This document shows positions 39,391-49,237 of a stretch of 62,021 bases of DNA, one piece after another. The notes below the pieces were generated by a model, which worked only from the letters and a program-made list of their open reading frames with translations, ran no database searches and was not told where the DNA came from. Position 1 is the stretch's first letter; every line of letters starts with the position of its first letter. A program made the translations under genes and the position numbers. Location: positions 1 to 62,021 of the IMG/VR virus record IMGVR_UViG_3300012665_000376, one strand, 5' to 3'. This DNA comes from a virus. Taxonomy: Duplodnaviria > Caudoviricetes.

Positions 39391-40089
39391 TTATAATCTG
39401 GCTAATTGTGATTTTAACTCGTTAACTTCTTTTTCTAATGAACGAACCTTTTCTACTAATATCTCAACGTAATTAACAGCTAAGTATCCATTTGCAGTAA
39501 TTACTTGGTCTGGATTATTAACTTCAACTTCTTCGGCAACATATCCAATATGAAGCTGCTCGTCTTTATTATCTTTCCACTTAAAGTAAATAACGTCTCC
39601 ATCTCTTCTTATTATATCCTTTAATAGGATAGAGCTAGACTCAAAGAAACCTGTTGCTGTAACAGATGAACTAAATGTAGCGCTAGTTCCCCCAAATGCT
39701 CCAGTAGAAGTCATTCCATTTGCTGAAACAGTTGAACTGAATGAGGCACTAGTTCCGCCTAAAGCACCTGTCATTGTGCCTCCTGCTTTTGCTAAATAAG
39801 GAGTGAAATCAATAGCCTCCCATTTATTATCCCCCCTTAAAAATGTTGTTGAAGATGGCGTTCCTGTTGCTGTTAAATTATTTATTCCAACAGAAGTCAA
39901 ACCTGTTCCGCTCCCTCCTGTACTTAGAGTACCTGCTGGAGCGGCAATTATCTTGCCATCGGCATCCGCATATAACACAGATGACTTTACAGCCCCTTGT
40001 TGTAGATTGCCATATATATATAAGCTACCCGCAGCCGTATCTATTGTTAAGCAGTTCGATAATGCGTCTAATAATTGGTCTGTCTTCAT
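39391..40089 (-). CDS. short tail fibre with C-terminal intramolecular chaperone (peptidase S74)
   Basis: TFLRGD, GGTMTG repeats; SSILLKDI...IGYVAEEV...LAVNY plus coiled coil. Confidence 0.75.
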   Translation of the reverse strand: MKTDQLLDALSNCLTIDTAAGSLYIYGNLQQGAVKSSVLYADADGKIIAAPAGTLSTGGSGTGLTSVGINNLTATGTPSSTTFLRGDNKWEAIDFTPYLAKAGGTMTGALGGTSASFSSTVSANGMTSTGAFGGTSATFSSSVTATGFFESSSILLKDIIRRDGDVIYFKWKDNKDEQLHIGYVAEEVEVNNPDQVITANGYLAVNYVEILVEKVRSLEKEVNELKSQLARL

Positions 40090-40158
40090 TTGTTGTTAAG
40101 GTAAAAAGGCGAAAGCTGTTAAGCAATCGCCCTAATAATTATCCTAGGATTACATCCA

Positions 40159-40593
40159 TTAGTCTTCTTTAATTAAGCGAAATACTAGGTCATAACGTTG
40201 GTCAGACTTAATATCCTTAATGTCTTCAACAGACAATGGATTATATTCAAATTCTTTCTCTTCAACTAGCAATGCATCATATTGCTTTTTAAACTCAGTG
40301 AAATCAGGATGCTCAGCTTTTTGCTCTTCATCTGCCCACATAGGTATGGAAAATCTACCCCCTTCTTCCTCTTTGCCAAATTTCTTAACTAATTCTTGTC
40401 TTAGGTCATCAACAATTTTTTTCTCAGCTGTTAATGCGTCAGATAATTTCTTTAAGCGATACTTGGTAACAAGGTCCAATTTTTCGCCAAATAATCCCTT
40501 AGAGATTACTTCGCCATTCTCTTGGTTGACTAAGCCATTTAACTCTGCTTCTAAGCCAACGATTTCGGTAATAGATAATTTAATTTTTTCCAT
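40159..40593 (-). CDS. hypothetical acidic protein (tail-fibre region)
   Basis: 144 aa; has its own promoter and AACCAAAC leader. Confidence 0.7.
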   Translation of the reverse strand: MEKIKLSITEIVGLEAELNGLVNQENGEVISKGLFGEKLDLVTKYRLKKLSDALTAEKKIVDDLRQELVKKFGKEEEGGRFSIPMWADEEQKAEHPDFTEFKKQYDALLVEEKEFEYNPLSVEDIKDIKSDQRYDLVFRLIKED

Positions 40594-40615
40594 TTCTATG
40601 TTTGGTTATTTTTGA

Positions 40616-40623
40616 CAAATATA
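40616..40623 (-). promoter_or_regulatory. -7 promoter box
   Basis: - strand TATATTTG 22 nt upstream of the 40593 start. Confidence 0.55.
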
Positions 40624-40631
40624 ATAAATAA

Positions 40632-41063
40632 TTAGCAGTCTACGATATTCTCTTCTCCGAACAATCCTACTAGCTTAGCTTTTAAATGAGAGTATCCAAA
40701 TGCAAAAATATCAACACCTTCAGCAGATGATAAATCTGGTACAGTTTTAGTGATTACTTGGTCAACGTTTGGAAGTGGATTACCTTCTGTGTCAAGTCCT
40801 GGCTGAGGAACACTAATGGTTTCTTCTACCTGCTTAGTAAGCATAACATAGATAGTATCTCCAATTTGTTGATTACGAGCTTGTCCTGCCATAGTTCCTG
40901 GCATACCCCCACCTGCTGGTGTAGTGTCCTCTTCTGATTGAAAGATTTCTAAATTAAAGTTTGCTGAGCCAAATTTGCTCAACTGATAATTTGAGATACG
41001 CACATAAGCTTCTGATGTGATACCTTTGTCTGTCCCGATTTGGGTTGTAATTTTTAATGCCAT
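40632..41063 (-). CDS. tail-fibre-associated protein
   Basis: EAYVRI...FAFGYSHLK pattern; synteny. Confidence 0.6.
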   Translation of the reverse strand: MALKITTQIGTDKGITSEAYVRISNYQLSKFGSANFNLEIFQSEEDTTPAGGGMPGTMAGQARNQQIGDTIYVMLTKQVEETISVPQPGLDTEGNPLPNVDQVITKTVPDLSSAEGVDIFAFGYSHLKAKLVGLFGEENIVDC

Positions 41064-41090
41064 TTTTTTTATTATTTAAAGTTTAAGATT

Positions 41091-41447
41091 TTAACAAACT
41101 GAGCCTTGAGATTTTGTCCCATTCCCGCTAGTAACATTTACTGTATTTAATTGAGCACAAACACTTCCTACTACTCCTCCAGATGGAGATGAATTATAGA
41201 AAGAGAATGAAGTATTAGTTCCACCAGTTTTAGTGGTATATGTCCCAGATACAGTAGTATATCCGTTGTAAGCTATAATACTGTATAGGTAAGATACAGG
41301 AGTTGCGCTATAATTATAAAACTCACTCATTGCATCTGGGGTAGATTTTCCAGCTGCAGCACTAAGGTCTCGTAAAGAATTAGCCGCCGAACTTAATTCA
41401 GTTTTTATCTGCGAAATGCTAATCGGTCCACTACTTTGCAAGGTCAT
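41091..41447 (-). CDS. small tail-fibre tip/accessory protein
   Basis: MTLQSSGPISISQIKTEL...MSEFY N-terminus typical of genes following S74 fibres. Confidence 0.65.
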   Translation of the reverse strand: MTLQSSGPISISQIKTELSSAANSLRDLSAAAGKSTPDAMSEFYNYSATPVSYLYSIIAYNGYTTVSGTYTTKTGGTNTSFSFYNSSPSGGVVGSVCAQLNTVNVTSGNGTKSQGSVC

Positions 41448-44400
41448 TAATAATAGATTTAAGTTCTTTTATTTGTAATTGTTGTTCTTTAAAAGCTTCA
41501 ATAAATAGACCTGCCATATTACCATAAGCCACAGAATACATATCTTTTTCAGTTCCAGAAACTACTTCAGGATGAACCGCTAATACTTCTTGTGCAATAA
41601 CTCCAGCGTGACGCTTGCTTCTGTCTTCTTCTTTAGCATCTATTCTTGTAAATGTAACTCCACGAAGTGCTTGTATTTTAGATATTGCATTAGGAATAAC
41701 TTCAATGTTATCTTTTACTCTTATATCAGAATAGGCAACTATATCATTCTGTGCCCAAATAGTAACTGCGCCACCACCTATTGTTGCATTTATTGTTCCT
41801 CCTTCACAAGCATATAAGCCCCAACTACTAGTTTTTCCTGACCCCCAAAGATTAGGGTGTGCATAACCTATGCCATACATCCCGCCTAAAGAACTATCTG
41901 ATGGATTATAGCTACTTCCAATTGTATAAATAGGATTTGTATAGCTAGAATTTCCTCCAATATTATTATATGAGCCTACAAGAAAACCTGTCGAATGCGA
42001 TGGTCTACCAATATAATTAGGCGTAATAGTTCCAGTATGCCTAGAATCTCCGCCTGACGTAAAATGGTGTCCATTTCCATTTGATGGAGCATTTCCAATA
42101 TATGTCATTGAACCATAAATCCAATTTGTTGTCCCTGCCGTTGTAATTCCATTAGGGAAAAATGCTGAATCTGATGTACCCCACGGATTTGGACTTGATA
42201 CATATCCGCTTGGAGCGTTTACGGTTGCTGCTACAGTTAAATTACCGCTCATATCTAACTGTAAGCGATTTGGCGAAGCACTCCATCCTCCAATTCTGAA
42301 AACATTATCAGAATCCAATCCCATATTTATAGCATAATATCCCCCTCTGTGGAATGACATAATTGCACCACTGCCATTATCTGAAAAAGCTTGTAAGGGA
42401 GCTGAGTCTGTACTTGTATTTCTATTTGATTTAAAATAGTTTAATCCAGTCCAATTATAATTACCACCAGTAGCGCCGCTAATACTACTTACATTATCAG
42501 CTACAGATGAGCTGTCAGAACGAGCAACTCTTACATTAGCTGGGGTAGCAGGACTTACCTGGAATAACCAATATGGCGATACATATGTTAAATATCCATA
42601 ATATGGAGCTGCTGAAGTATAGTTATAAGCAGCATCAGTAGAGTATAATTTTGATGAGTTTGTTGCAAATGTTGCAGTAGCAACTGACTGTGACCCAATG
42701 TTGCCAGATGTAATAATTCTATACCAAGCATTCCAAGTACTATTAATGCCACTTCTTAATGATAATCCTGGAACACCTGATGCATTAACACCCGTTTCAT
42801 TTAAAAATGCAAGCTGATATGAAGAATCTCCTGTTGATGCAGACGTACCGTCCCAAGGAGCATAAGTCATTACGCCTCCATAATTACCTGTGCCGCCAAT
42901 AGATGCCGATGTTGCAAAATCAAATCTAACATTTCTAGCATTAGTAGTAGGTAATTTTGTACTTGGGTTTCTATCTCCATCAGGGGAAGCTACATTAGTT
43001 GCAGTAGTAGCTGAAGTAGCGGAACTTACAGTTTGAGAACCAATATTACCTGCGTGAATAACTGTATTTCCTTTATAAGAAAAGTCATTCATTCCTACTT
43101 TAAGGGTAACCATAGTCCAAGCATAGTCTACTACTTCAAAGAATGAGGCATTTGTACTGCCACCTAACTGAACAGTTATACTACCTGAACTTCTGTCAGC
43201 CGCTCTACCTAGCCAAGCCTCTCCTGCATTAGTTGTCGAGTTAGGAAATGAACCCATAATGATTCTGCCTGAATTAATAGTTAATCCAGAAGCATTCATT
43301 GTCATTATTTGAGTCCAAGAACCTCCGCCTACGCCACCACTATTTCTCCAGAATGTAAATTCCCCAGATGTAGCGTCAAGAGCTGTAAATGGAATAATAT
43401 TTCCAAGACCATCAGTTCCGCCCCACCAAGCTGATACAGATGAAGCCCCTCTAAAAAATGTACTTCTAGTACTTGTACCTTGACCAAGAACATTGCCAAA
43501 ATCAGCAGAACTTGCTCCGCCTGCCCAAAGAATTGTATTGCTTGTAGCGCCAGCGGTTCTTAAGTATCCAGTTGCTTGAACTGCTCCATCTCCATAAACT
43601 CGGAGCAAGTCATCGTTACCCCAATGCCCTAAAGTAATAAAATTGTTATTAGAAGCATCTGAAGACCAGTAATATCCAATACCTCCAGCATTTTTAGTAG
43701 AGCCTACTTTTCCAAAAAAAATCATAGCCCTTTGTCCTGCAGTAATATTAGCGGCAAAGTTTTCTTGTGTATGAACAAAAGAAGCCGAAGAAGAGGTGTT
43801 GATTCTTAAGTTAGGCGAATTTGCTATTCCTGTCCCATTAAATACTGCTAATCCTGCGCTTGAAAAAGTAAATTTGCCTGCAGAAATATTGACAGCACCT
43901 CCTACATTACCTTGATACTGAAGGTACAATGTAGTTACAACTCCAGCATTTGTTGTATTTATCTGGTCTCCTCCTGTTACTTGAAGTTTATAGCCTGTAT
44001 AAGTACTTACCCACCACTCGTCTGTTGCAAGTCGCATTTTCTGAGTAAATGTACCCGTTCCTTGAGCAGAAGCATTTGTTGAATAAGCCCAGTCAAATCC
44101 ATTGTCTGCACCATTACGACGCATAATCCAGATATTAGACCCATTCTTAAAAAATATGCCTGGATATCCGCCTGTATCTGTAAGAGTAAGAGTGCTGTAA
44201 CCCCAGTCTCCTAAATAAGTACCCGTTCCTGCAATAGACAATGGACCAGTTAAAGCTCCGCCTGTAAGTGGCAACTTAGTGTTATCCGTCGCCGCAACCC
44301 CCGCTACCGTAATAACATTTCCAGAAGAATCAAACGCAAGGTATCCTGCGGCTGTGCCTGTGTAAGATGTTGCGGAAGTATATCCTGAAATTTGTAACTG

Positions 44401-45852
44401 TCGGTTGTCTTTAATAAAGAATGCATATAAGCTACTTGTTCTATTATAAACACCCATACCATCATTCTGCGCTCCAATAGACCAAAGATTACCTGCAGCA
44501 GATTGGATGTTCATCCATACACCTCCTGTTGAGCCTTGTAAGAATATTCCCTCGTTCCCAGTTGTGTAGACGTGAAGAGTTTTACTTGGGCTAATTGTGC
44601 CAATACCGACGTTTGTGCCTCCCTCATTTAAAATTAAAGTAGAGCCAGTTATTCTTAATTGTTTAAATACACTATTTGTCCTATCGTAAGTCTGAATAAA
44701 AGCGTAATCATTAGCCCCATCTGTACGATAAACCATTTCAATTGATTTTCCTGAAGATGGCGCAACTAATGTAGATGCAGAAGATACAGTTAAGAAGTTT
44801 TGAACATTAACGCTGCTAATAAACCTACCCGTACCATTAACATCAAGCATATAGCTTGTTGAAGCATATGTGCTATATCCAACACTTAAGCTATTCCCAA
44901 AATATGACGTTCCATCTGTATGCAACAATACTTTTAGCGCACCTGCTGCGTTGTAATAGTACGCTAAAGCAGTTCCATCTGCTCCAATATAAAATGGATA
45001 AGCAGATAATGAACCATCTGATTTTTCAATACGGAACTGTCCACCTGTAGGGTTAGAGCGCATTGAAACAATGTTGTTTCCAGCAAGAACACCTCCGTTA
45101 AGAGATAATGTTGGCGCGTTAACAACCGAAGTGAATGTCTTAACTCCAGCAACCGTTTGATTGCCTGTTAGCTTAACTACAGCAGAATCATCTGCAGGAG
45201 TATATCCCAACGCTGATGCAATAGTCTTATTCTTCCAAAGGCTTGTAGCTGACTCCCAAACAAGAGTTTGATTGTTTGCTAAAGAAGAGATAGATACATC
45301 GTGGATTTCATCTAATTCATATCCATTCTGAATCTTAACCTCAATCTGCCCTTGATTCGGATGTGAGCGAGTCACAACACCAATGTAAACTAAGTGTGCA
45401 GGAGCTAATTGCTTAGTCGTTGTGTATGTCCCTGCGGTTGTAGACGAAAGGTATAATTGTGCTCCCTCAGTAAACGCACTTGTATCTAACCCAGTAATAT
45501 CCCCTATAACAACTACATTTCCATTTGAGTTGTTAGCTATATCAGTTTGACACAAGCCGAACGTTTGAGCCGATGTAGAATCTCCTGTTGCAAGTGCTTT
45601 TGATACGGTAGGCTTATTGCCAGTAGCTCCCGAAATATAAACAATTGTGCCTTTTGTTAAAGTTGCTCCAGTTGTATTTCTTATCTCGCGAACTAATGTG
45701 CCAGCACTAGCGGTTACACCAGGGGCATTGTAATCAGTTCCCGCAACTGCAGCGACTAATTTACCGCTAGAATCAGTTTTAAGCAAAGATGAGGTTACAG
45801 CCGTTTGAGCGACGTAACCTTTTACATCCGCGTTATTTAAAAACTTAGTCAT
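41431..45852 (-). CDS. long tail fibre with C-terminal S74 chaperone
   Basis: 1473 aa, G/S/T-rich modules, VGIGT..P repeat; YSDIRVKDNI...GVIAQEV...HPE..SVAYGN. Confidence 0.85.
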   Translation of the reverse strand: MTKFLNNADVKGYVAQTAVTSSLLKTDSSGKLVAAVAGTDYNAPGVTASAGTLVREIRNTTGATLTKGTIVYISGATGNKPTVSKALATGDSTSAQTFGLCQTDIANNSNGNVVVIGDITGLDTSAFTEGAQLYLSSTTAGTYTTTKQLAPAHLVYIGVVTRSHPNQGQIEVKIQNGYELDEIHDVSISSLANNQTLVWESATSLWKNKTIASALGYTPADDSAVVKLTGNQTVAGVKTFTSVVNAPTLSLNGGVLAGNNIVSMRSNPTGGQFRIEKSDGSLSAYPFYIGADGTALAYYYNAAGALKVLLHTDGTSYFGNSLSVGYSTYASTSYMLDVNGTGRFISSVNVQNFLTVSSASTLVAPSSGKSIEMVYRTDGANDYAFIQTYDRTNSVFKQLRITGSTLILNEGGTNVGIGTISPSKTLHVYTTGNEGIFLQGSTGGVWMNIQSAAGNLWSIGAQNDGMGVYNRTSSLYAFFIKDNRQLQISGYTSATSYTGTAAGYLAFDSSGNVITVAGVAATDNTKLPLTGGALTGPLSIAGTGTYLGDWGYSTLTLTDTGGYPGIFFKNGSNIWIMRRNGADNGFDWAYSTNASAQGTGTFTQKMRLATDEWWVSTYTGYKLQVTGGDQINTTNAGVVTTLYLQYQGNVGGAVNISAGKFTFSSAGLAVFNGTGIANSPNLRINTSSSASFVHTQENFAANITAGQRAMIFFGKVGSTKNAGGIGYYWSSDASNNNFITLGHWGNDDLLRVYGDGAVQATGYLRTAGATSNTILWAGGASSADFGNVLGQGTSTRSTFFRGASSVSAWWGGTDGLGNIIPFTALDATSGEFTFWRNSGGVGGGSWTQIMTMNASGLTINSGRIIMGSFPNSTTNAGEAWLGRAADRSSGSITVQLGGSTNASFFEVVDYAWTMVTLKVGMNDFSYKGNTVIHAGNIGSQTVSSATSATTATNVASPDGDRNPSTKLPTTNARNVRFDFATSASIGGTGNYGGVMTYAPWDGTSASTGDSSYQLAFLNETGVNASGVPGLSLRSGINSTWNAWYRIITSGNIGSQSVATATFATNSSKLYSTDAAYNYTSAAPYYGYLTYVSPYWLFQVSPATPANVRVARSDSSSVADNVSSISGATGGNYNWTGLNYFKSNRNTSTDSAPLQAFSDNGSGAIMSFHRGGYYAINMGLDSDNVFRIGGWSASPNRLQLDMSGNLTVAATVNAPSGYVSSPNPWGTSDSAFFPNGITTAGTTNWIYGSMTYIGNAPSNGNGHHFTSGGDSRHTGTITPNYIGRPSHSTGFLVGSYNNIGGNSSYTNPIYTIGSSYNPSDSSLGGMYGIGYAHPNLWGSGKTSSWGLYACEGGTINATIGGGAVTIWAQNDIVAYSDIRVKDNIEVIPNAISKIQALRGVTFTRIDAKEEDRSKRHAGVIAQEVLAVHPEVVSGTEKDMYSVAYGNMAGLFIEAFKEQQLQIKELKSIINDLAK

Positions 45853-45855
45853 TTA

Positions 45856-46959
45856 TTATTTTTTTATAACTACTCTGTAAGCGTTAGAAGCTGGAGCTAC
45901 TGCAAATGATACAGTAACTACAGAAGTTGATGTTAATACCACGTCAGTGATTACCTCCTCGTAAGTTGTGTTATCATAAATTGAAACAACAACATCTCTT
46001 GTGCCTAAACTGTGAGTTAATGCAAATGAAGTAGCAGAACCGTCTCCTACGTTAGCAGCATACCCTCCAGTACGGTTATCTAATAAAGTCTTTAACTTCA
46101 AAGGCGTAACGATTGTTGTATCGTCAGTACCTGTATTAGTTTGAGTCTGTGTTGCAATCTTTGCAAGACCAAGTGTAGTTTCAGTAGCTTGGTCACGGTT
46201 AACCTCTAAAGAGAACCAGTTTGCAGCATAAGTTGTAGTTGAAGCGTTATCAACCTTAGCACCAAGTACATCTCCAACATTAAATGCAACACCGTCTACT
46301 GTACCAGCAACACTAACATACCAGTAGTCGCCTTTTTTAGTTCCTGCAGATGGAGTTGAACCAACTGGGAAAGAACCAGCAGAAGCATCCCAAGCTCCCT
46401 CTAAATTACCTAAAGAACCTGTGTTTGCGTCAACATAAGCTTTGACGGCAGCAGCGCTAGGAATATTTGAGTTAGTTGCCCCCGTTAAGGTAGTAGATGT
46501 TAATATTTCAACTTCAGCAACAGCGCCTGTTGAACCAGAAACGTTACCTAATAACTTACCGCTTGCAATAGTTTGAATCTTAGCAAATGTTACTTGGTTG
46601 TCGCCAATCTTAATTGTTGTAACAGCACCAGCAGCTAACTTACCAGTTGTAACCCCAAGGTCTTTAATTTGGACGGCATCTGTACTGATTTCAATTGTAG
46701 CGTTATCTACGTTAACATCAAGAGTGACAACATCGCTAGCTGTAGAAGCCGTTAATCCAGCGCCACCTAATACATCTTGAATATCTCCTGACATATCTAC
46801 CCAAGCAGTTCCGTTGTAGAAATACATACGAAGGTCTGTTGTGTCAAAATAAACCTGACCGTTTACAGGAGAGGATGGAGCTGATGATAGATTTTGAATC
46901 GCGACATTTAATATCTGATTCTTCGTTAAATCTAAATTGGTTAAAAACTTCTTTGCCAT
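45856..46959 (-). CDS. tail fibre / structural protein
   Basis: GQVYFDT, AVTT.KI repeats, C-terminal THSLGT..V..YD domain. Confidence 0.7.
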   Translation of the reverse strand: MAKKFLTNLDLTKNQILNVAIQNLSSAPSSPVNGQVYFDTTDLRMYFYNGTAWVDMSGDIQDVLGGAGLTASTASDVVTLDVNVDNATIEISTDAVQIKDLGVTTGKLAAGAVTTIKIGDNQVTFAKIQTIASGKLLGNVSGSTGAVAEVEILTSTTLTGATNSNIPSAAAVKAYVDANTGSLGNLEGAWDASAGSFPVGSTPSAGTKKGDYWYVSVAGTVDGVAFNVGDVLGAKVDNASTTTYAANWFSLEVNRDQATETTLGLAKIATQTQTNTGTDDTTIVTPLKLKTLLDNRTGGYAANVGDGSATSFALTHSLGTRDVVVSIYDNTTYEEVITDVVLTSTSVVTVSFAVAPASNAYRVVIKK

Positions 46960-46967
46960 TGCTTATG

Positions 46968-48203
46968 TTAATTTAAAAATGCCTTGCCGCTAAATGCTGC
47001 TGAAAATGTTACTACTACCTGGTTTGTATTTGTATAACGTACCTCTCCGATAACTTCATCATTTGCAGAATCAACTATACTAACGGATGGATACTTGCCT
47101 AAATTATGTGTAATTGTCCATACGGCGGCTGCAACAGTCTGAGTATGAACGTAAGCGGTTTTCGCTGTAAAGGTAACTTTATTGTCAGTTACTGCAATGC
47201 CTAATCCAGCATTTGCAGATTCAAATGTAAGCGTTTCTCCCTTATTAATTGGGTCTAATGTTGTTCCATCAGATATCTTAAAGGAAAGAAGATTAGCTGG
47301 AGACAAATTAAAAGGCAACATCTGAGTAGCCTTATATGTATAAGGGTTAGTCGGAGGAAGTAATCCTAATAATTGGTCTAATATTGGCTTGCATCCATCT
47401 AATGTGAGGGTTTCATAGCGAGCCAACAAGTGAGAGTATAAGCCAACTACTAAGTCATACTCTTCGTTAAGAATTTCGTACTGAGATGGATTGGTAGTTT
47501 TATATTCCTCAATCTGGTCTTTATAAGTATTCATTAAAGCAACCAACTCTTCTTGAGTAGGCGCCTCTCTAATGTCGTATGTTTCCTGAAGTAAGTCAAC
47601 GTAACTTACCGTTAGCCAAGACTTAGAAGTGTGCGTATAAAGCACGGAAATATCTGATTTGACCAGATATATGCCCTCGTAGTATTTCGAGCTGTGAGAG
47701 GGCATTAAAACGTCTCCTACGCTAGTCTTTGTAATTACTCCCACCTCACTAGTAGATGGAGTTGTAGTGTAAAAGTTTCTAGTTAGAACGCCTGTGAAAT
47801 TACCCGATGTCTCGTAAGCTGTGTCGTCTAAGAATTTAATATCTGGCAATACTACATCTGAAGCATTGCTAATAGCTTTTGCTGGTTTCTCCCAGTTAAA
47901 ATCAAATGACTCCTGCTTAGTGTATTGCGTTGAAGCAGCATCTAATGCGACAAAATTTATTACATACGTCCCCGTAAGAACGGTATTATCAGTATCTGTA
48001 ATCAATAATATACTCACAGAGCCACCTGGCGCACTAATGTCGGGCGATTGGAAGTCTGTGTGCAATACCTGCGACCCATCAGGGAACGTAACCGAGAAGT
48101 TACCTTTGGCTAAAGTGAAGCCCGTAGACGTATCCGTCAAACGTAAGACCCTGTTTGAGGTCTTTTCGTTTACAATAAATTGGGCTGAAAAATTTATAGC
48201 CAT
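46968..48203 (-). CDS. structural protein (fibre-base candidate)
   Basis: C-terminal WTITHNLGKYPSV...FSGKAFLN domain shared with the downstream gene. Confidence 0.65.
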   Translation of the reverse strand: MAINFSAQFIVNEKTSNRVLRLTDTSTGFTLAKGNFSVTFPDGSQVLHTDFQSPDISAPGGSVSILLITDTDNTVLTGTYVINFVALDAASTQYTKQESFDFNWEKPAKAISNASDVVLPDIKFLDDTAYETSGNFTGVLTRNFYTTTPSTSEVGVITKTSVGDVLMPSHSSKYYEGIYLVKSDISVLYTHTSKSWLTVSYVDLLQETYDIREAPTQEELVALMNTYKDQIEEYKTTNPSQYEILNEEYDLVVGLYSHLLARYETLTLDGCKPILDQLLGLLPPTNPYTYKATQMLPFNLSPANLLSFKISDGTTLDPINKGETLTFESANAGLGIAVTDNKVTFTAKTAYVHTQTVAAAVWTITHNLGKYPSVSIVDSANDEVIGEVRYTNTNQVVVTFSAAFSGKAFLN

Positions 48204-48225
48204 ATTGAGCCTAGGATAATTTGTT

Positions 48226-48233
48226 CAAATATA
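48226..48233 (-). promoter_or_regulatory. -7 promoter box
   Basis: - strand TATATTTG 22 nt upstream of the 48203 start, just after a terminator. Confidence 0.6.
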
Positions 48234-48252
48234 CGATATTTTATATTGCTTT

Positions 48253-48288
48253 AAAAAAAGAAAAGCGCTACAATATGCAGCGCTCTCT
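48253..48288 (-). terminator. intrinsic terminator
   Basis: - strand AGAGCGCTGCA-TAT-TGTAGCGCTTT followed by TCTTTTTTT. Confidence 0.8.
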
Positions 48289-48326
48289 TATTAACCCAAC
48301 CAAACAAATCAATCCTGTAGTCGGAT

Positions 48327-49145
48327 TTAGCCTAAGCGGCTCTTGATGGCTTCTAGCTCATCTGGATTTGTTTCTAATAAATGGTCGGCTAATTCCTTAA
48401 AGTAGTTCTTGTCTTTACCTTTAGTGTAAGTAAATAGAACCTTTCCTGTTTCAACCCATTTAAAGCAAGACGCGTTAATGTCGTTCTTAATAATGTTTTT
48501 CTTAACAGCGTCTTTTAATGCAGTCTCATTAGCTAAAGAAGCTCTTTCAACTACTTCCAAGAATTCTTCTGGATAATCTCCAGCATAGTCTTCAAGTTCG
48601 TTGCGAAGTTCGTCAGTGCTATCGGCATCAATACCTAATGCTAACGCAACTTCGCGCGCTTTCTTGTCGTCTAACTCTAACGCTAAGTTAACAGCTTTTA
48701 CGATTAATTTACGCAAGTTTCTTTCTGTCTTAGCTTCTTTCTGCGCATCCACGCGATGAAATATGTCTTCGTGAGTATTTGGATTTCTATCTGGATTAGA
48801 CGAGTTGTATCCGCATAATTCAAGATATTGATATATTTTTTGATGTACAGGATTACCTCCATCAAGAAATAAATATCCCATACTACTTGCGTTAAATGCA
48901 ATAGTTATAAAACTAGGATTACCATCAATATCAACTCTTTCAATTGCTGCAATGTCAATAAAGTTACCTGTTTCTTTGTCAAGAACACTGTCTACTGGTC
49001 TAACTGTTATTACAGATGGCATTAAAAACTTTCCTGGATTATCAGGGTCAGGGCGTACATTATTTACGCGATAAGTAGCCCTTTCGTTGGGCTTTAATTT
49101 TTTAATCATCTTTTCTGGCAGATGATTGAAGTCTGATGCTTTCAT
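48327..49145 (-). CDS. capsid-downstream protein (structural or assembly factor)
   Basis: 272 aa directly after the major capsid gene. Confidence 0.65.
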   Translation of the reverse strand: MKASDFNHLPEKMIKKLKPNERATYRVNNVRPDPDNPGKFLMPSVITVRPVDSVLDKETGNFIDIAAIERVDIDGNPSFITIAFNASSMGYLFLDGGNPVHQKIYQYLELCGYNSSNPDRNPNTHEDIFHRVDAQKEAKTERNLRKLIVKAVNLALELDDKKAREVALALGIDADSTDELRNELEDYAGDYPEEFLEVVERASLANETALKDAVKKNIIKNDINASCFKWVETGKVLFTYTKGKDKNYFKELADHLLETNPDELEAIKSRLG

Positions 49146-49165
49146 TTTTATTTTGTTTGGTTACG

Positions 49166-49173
49166 CAAATGTA
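49166..49173 (-). promoter_or_regulatory. -7 promoter box
   Basis: - strand TACATTTG upstream of an AACCAAAC leader and the 49145 start. Confidence 0.6.
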
Positions 49174-49187
49174 TGTAATAATATTAA

Positions 49188-49224
49188 AACAAAAAAGAGG
49201 AGGATTGCTCCCCCTCTCTTTGTT
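49188..49224 (-). terminator. intrinsic terminator after the major capsid gene
   Basis: - strand GAGAGGGGA-GCAA-TCCTCCTCT followed by a T run. Confidence 0.8.
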
Positions 49225-49237
49225 ATCCAATCTAAGA

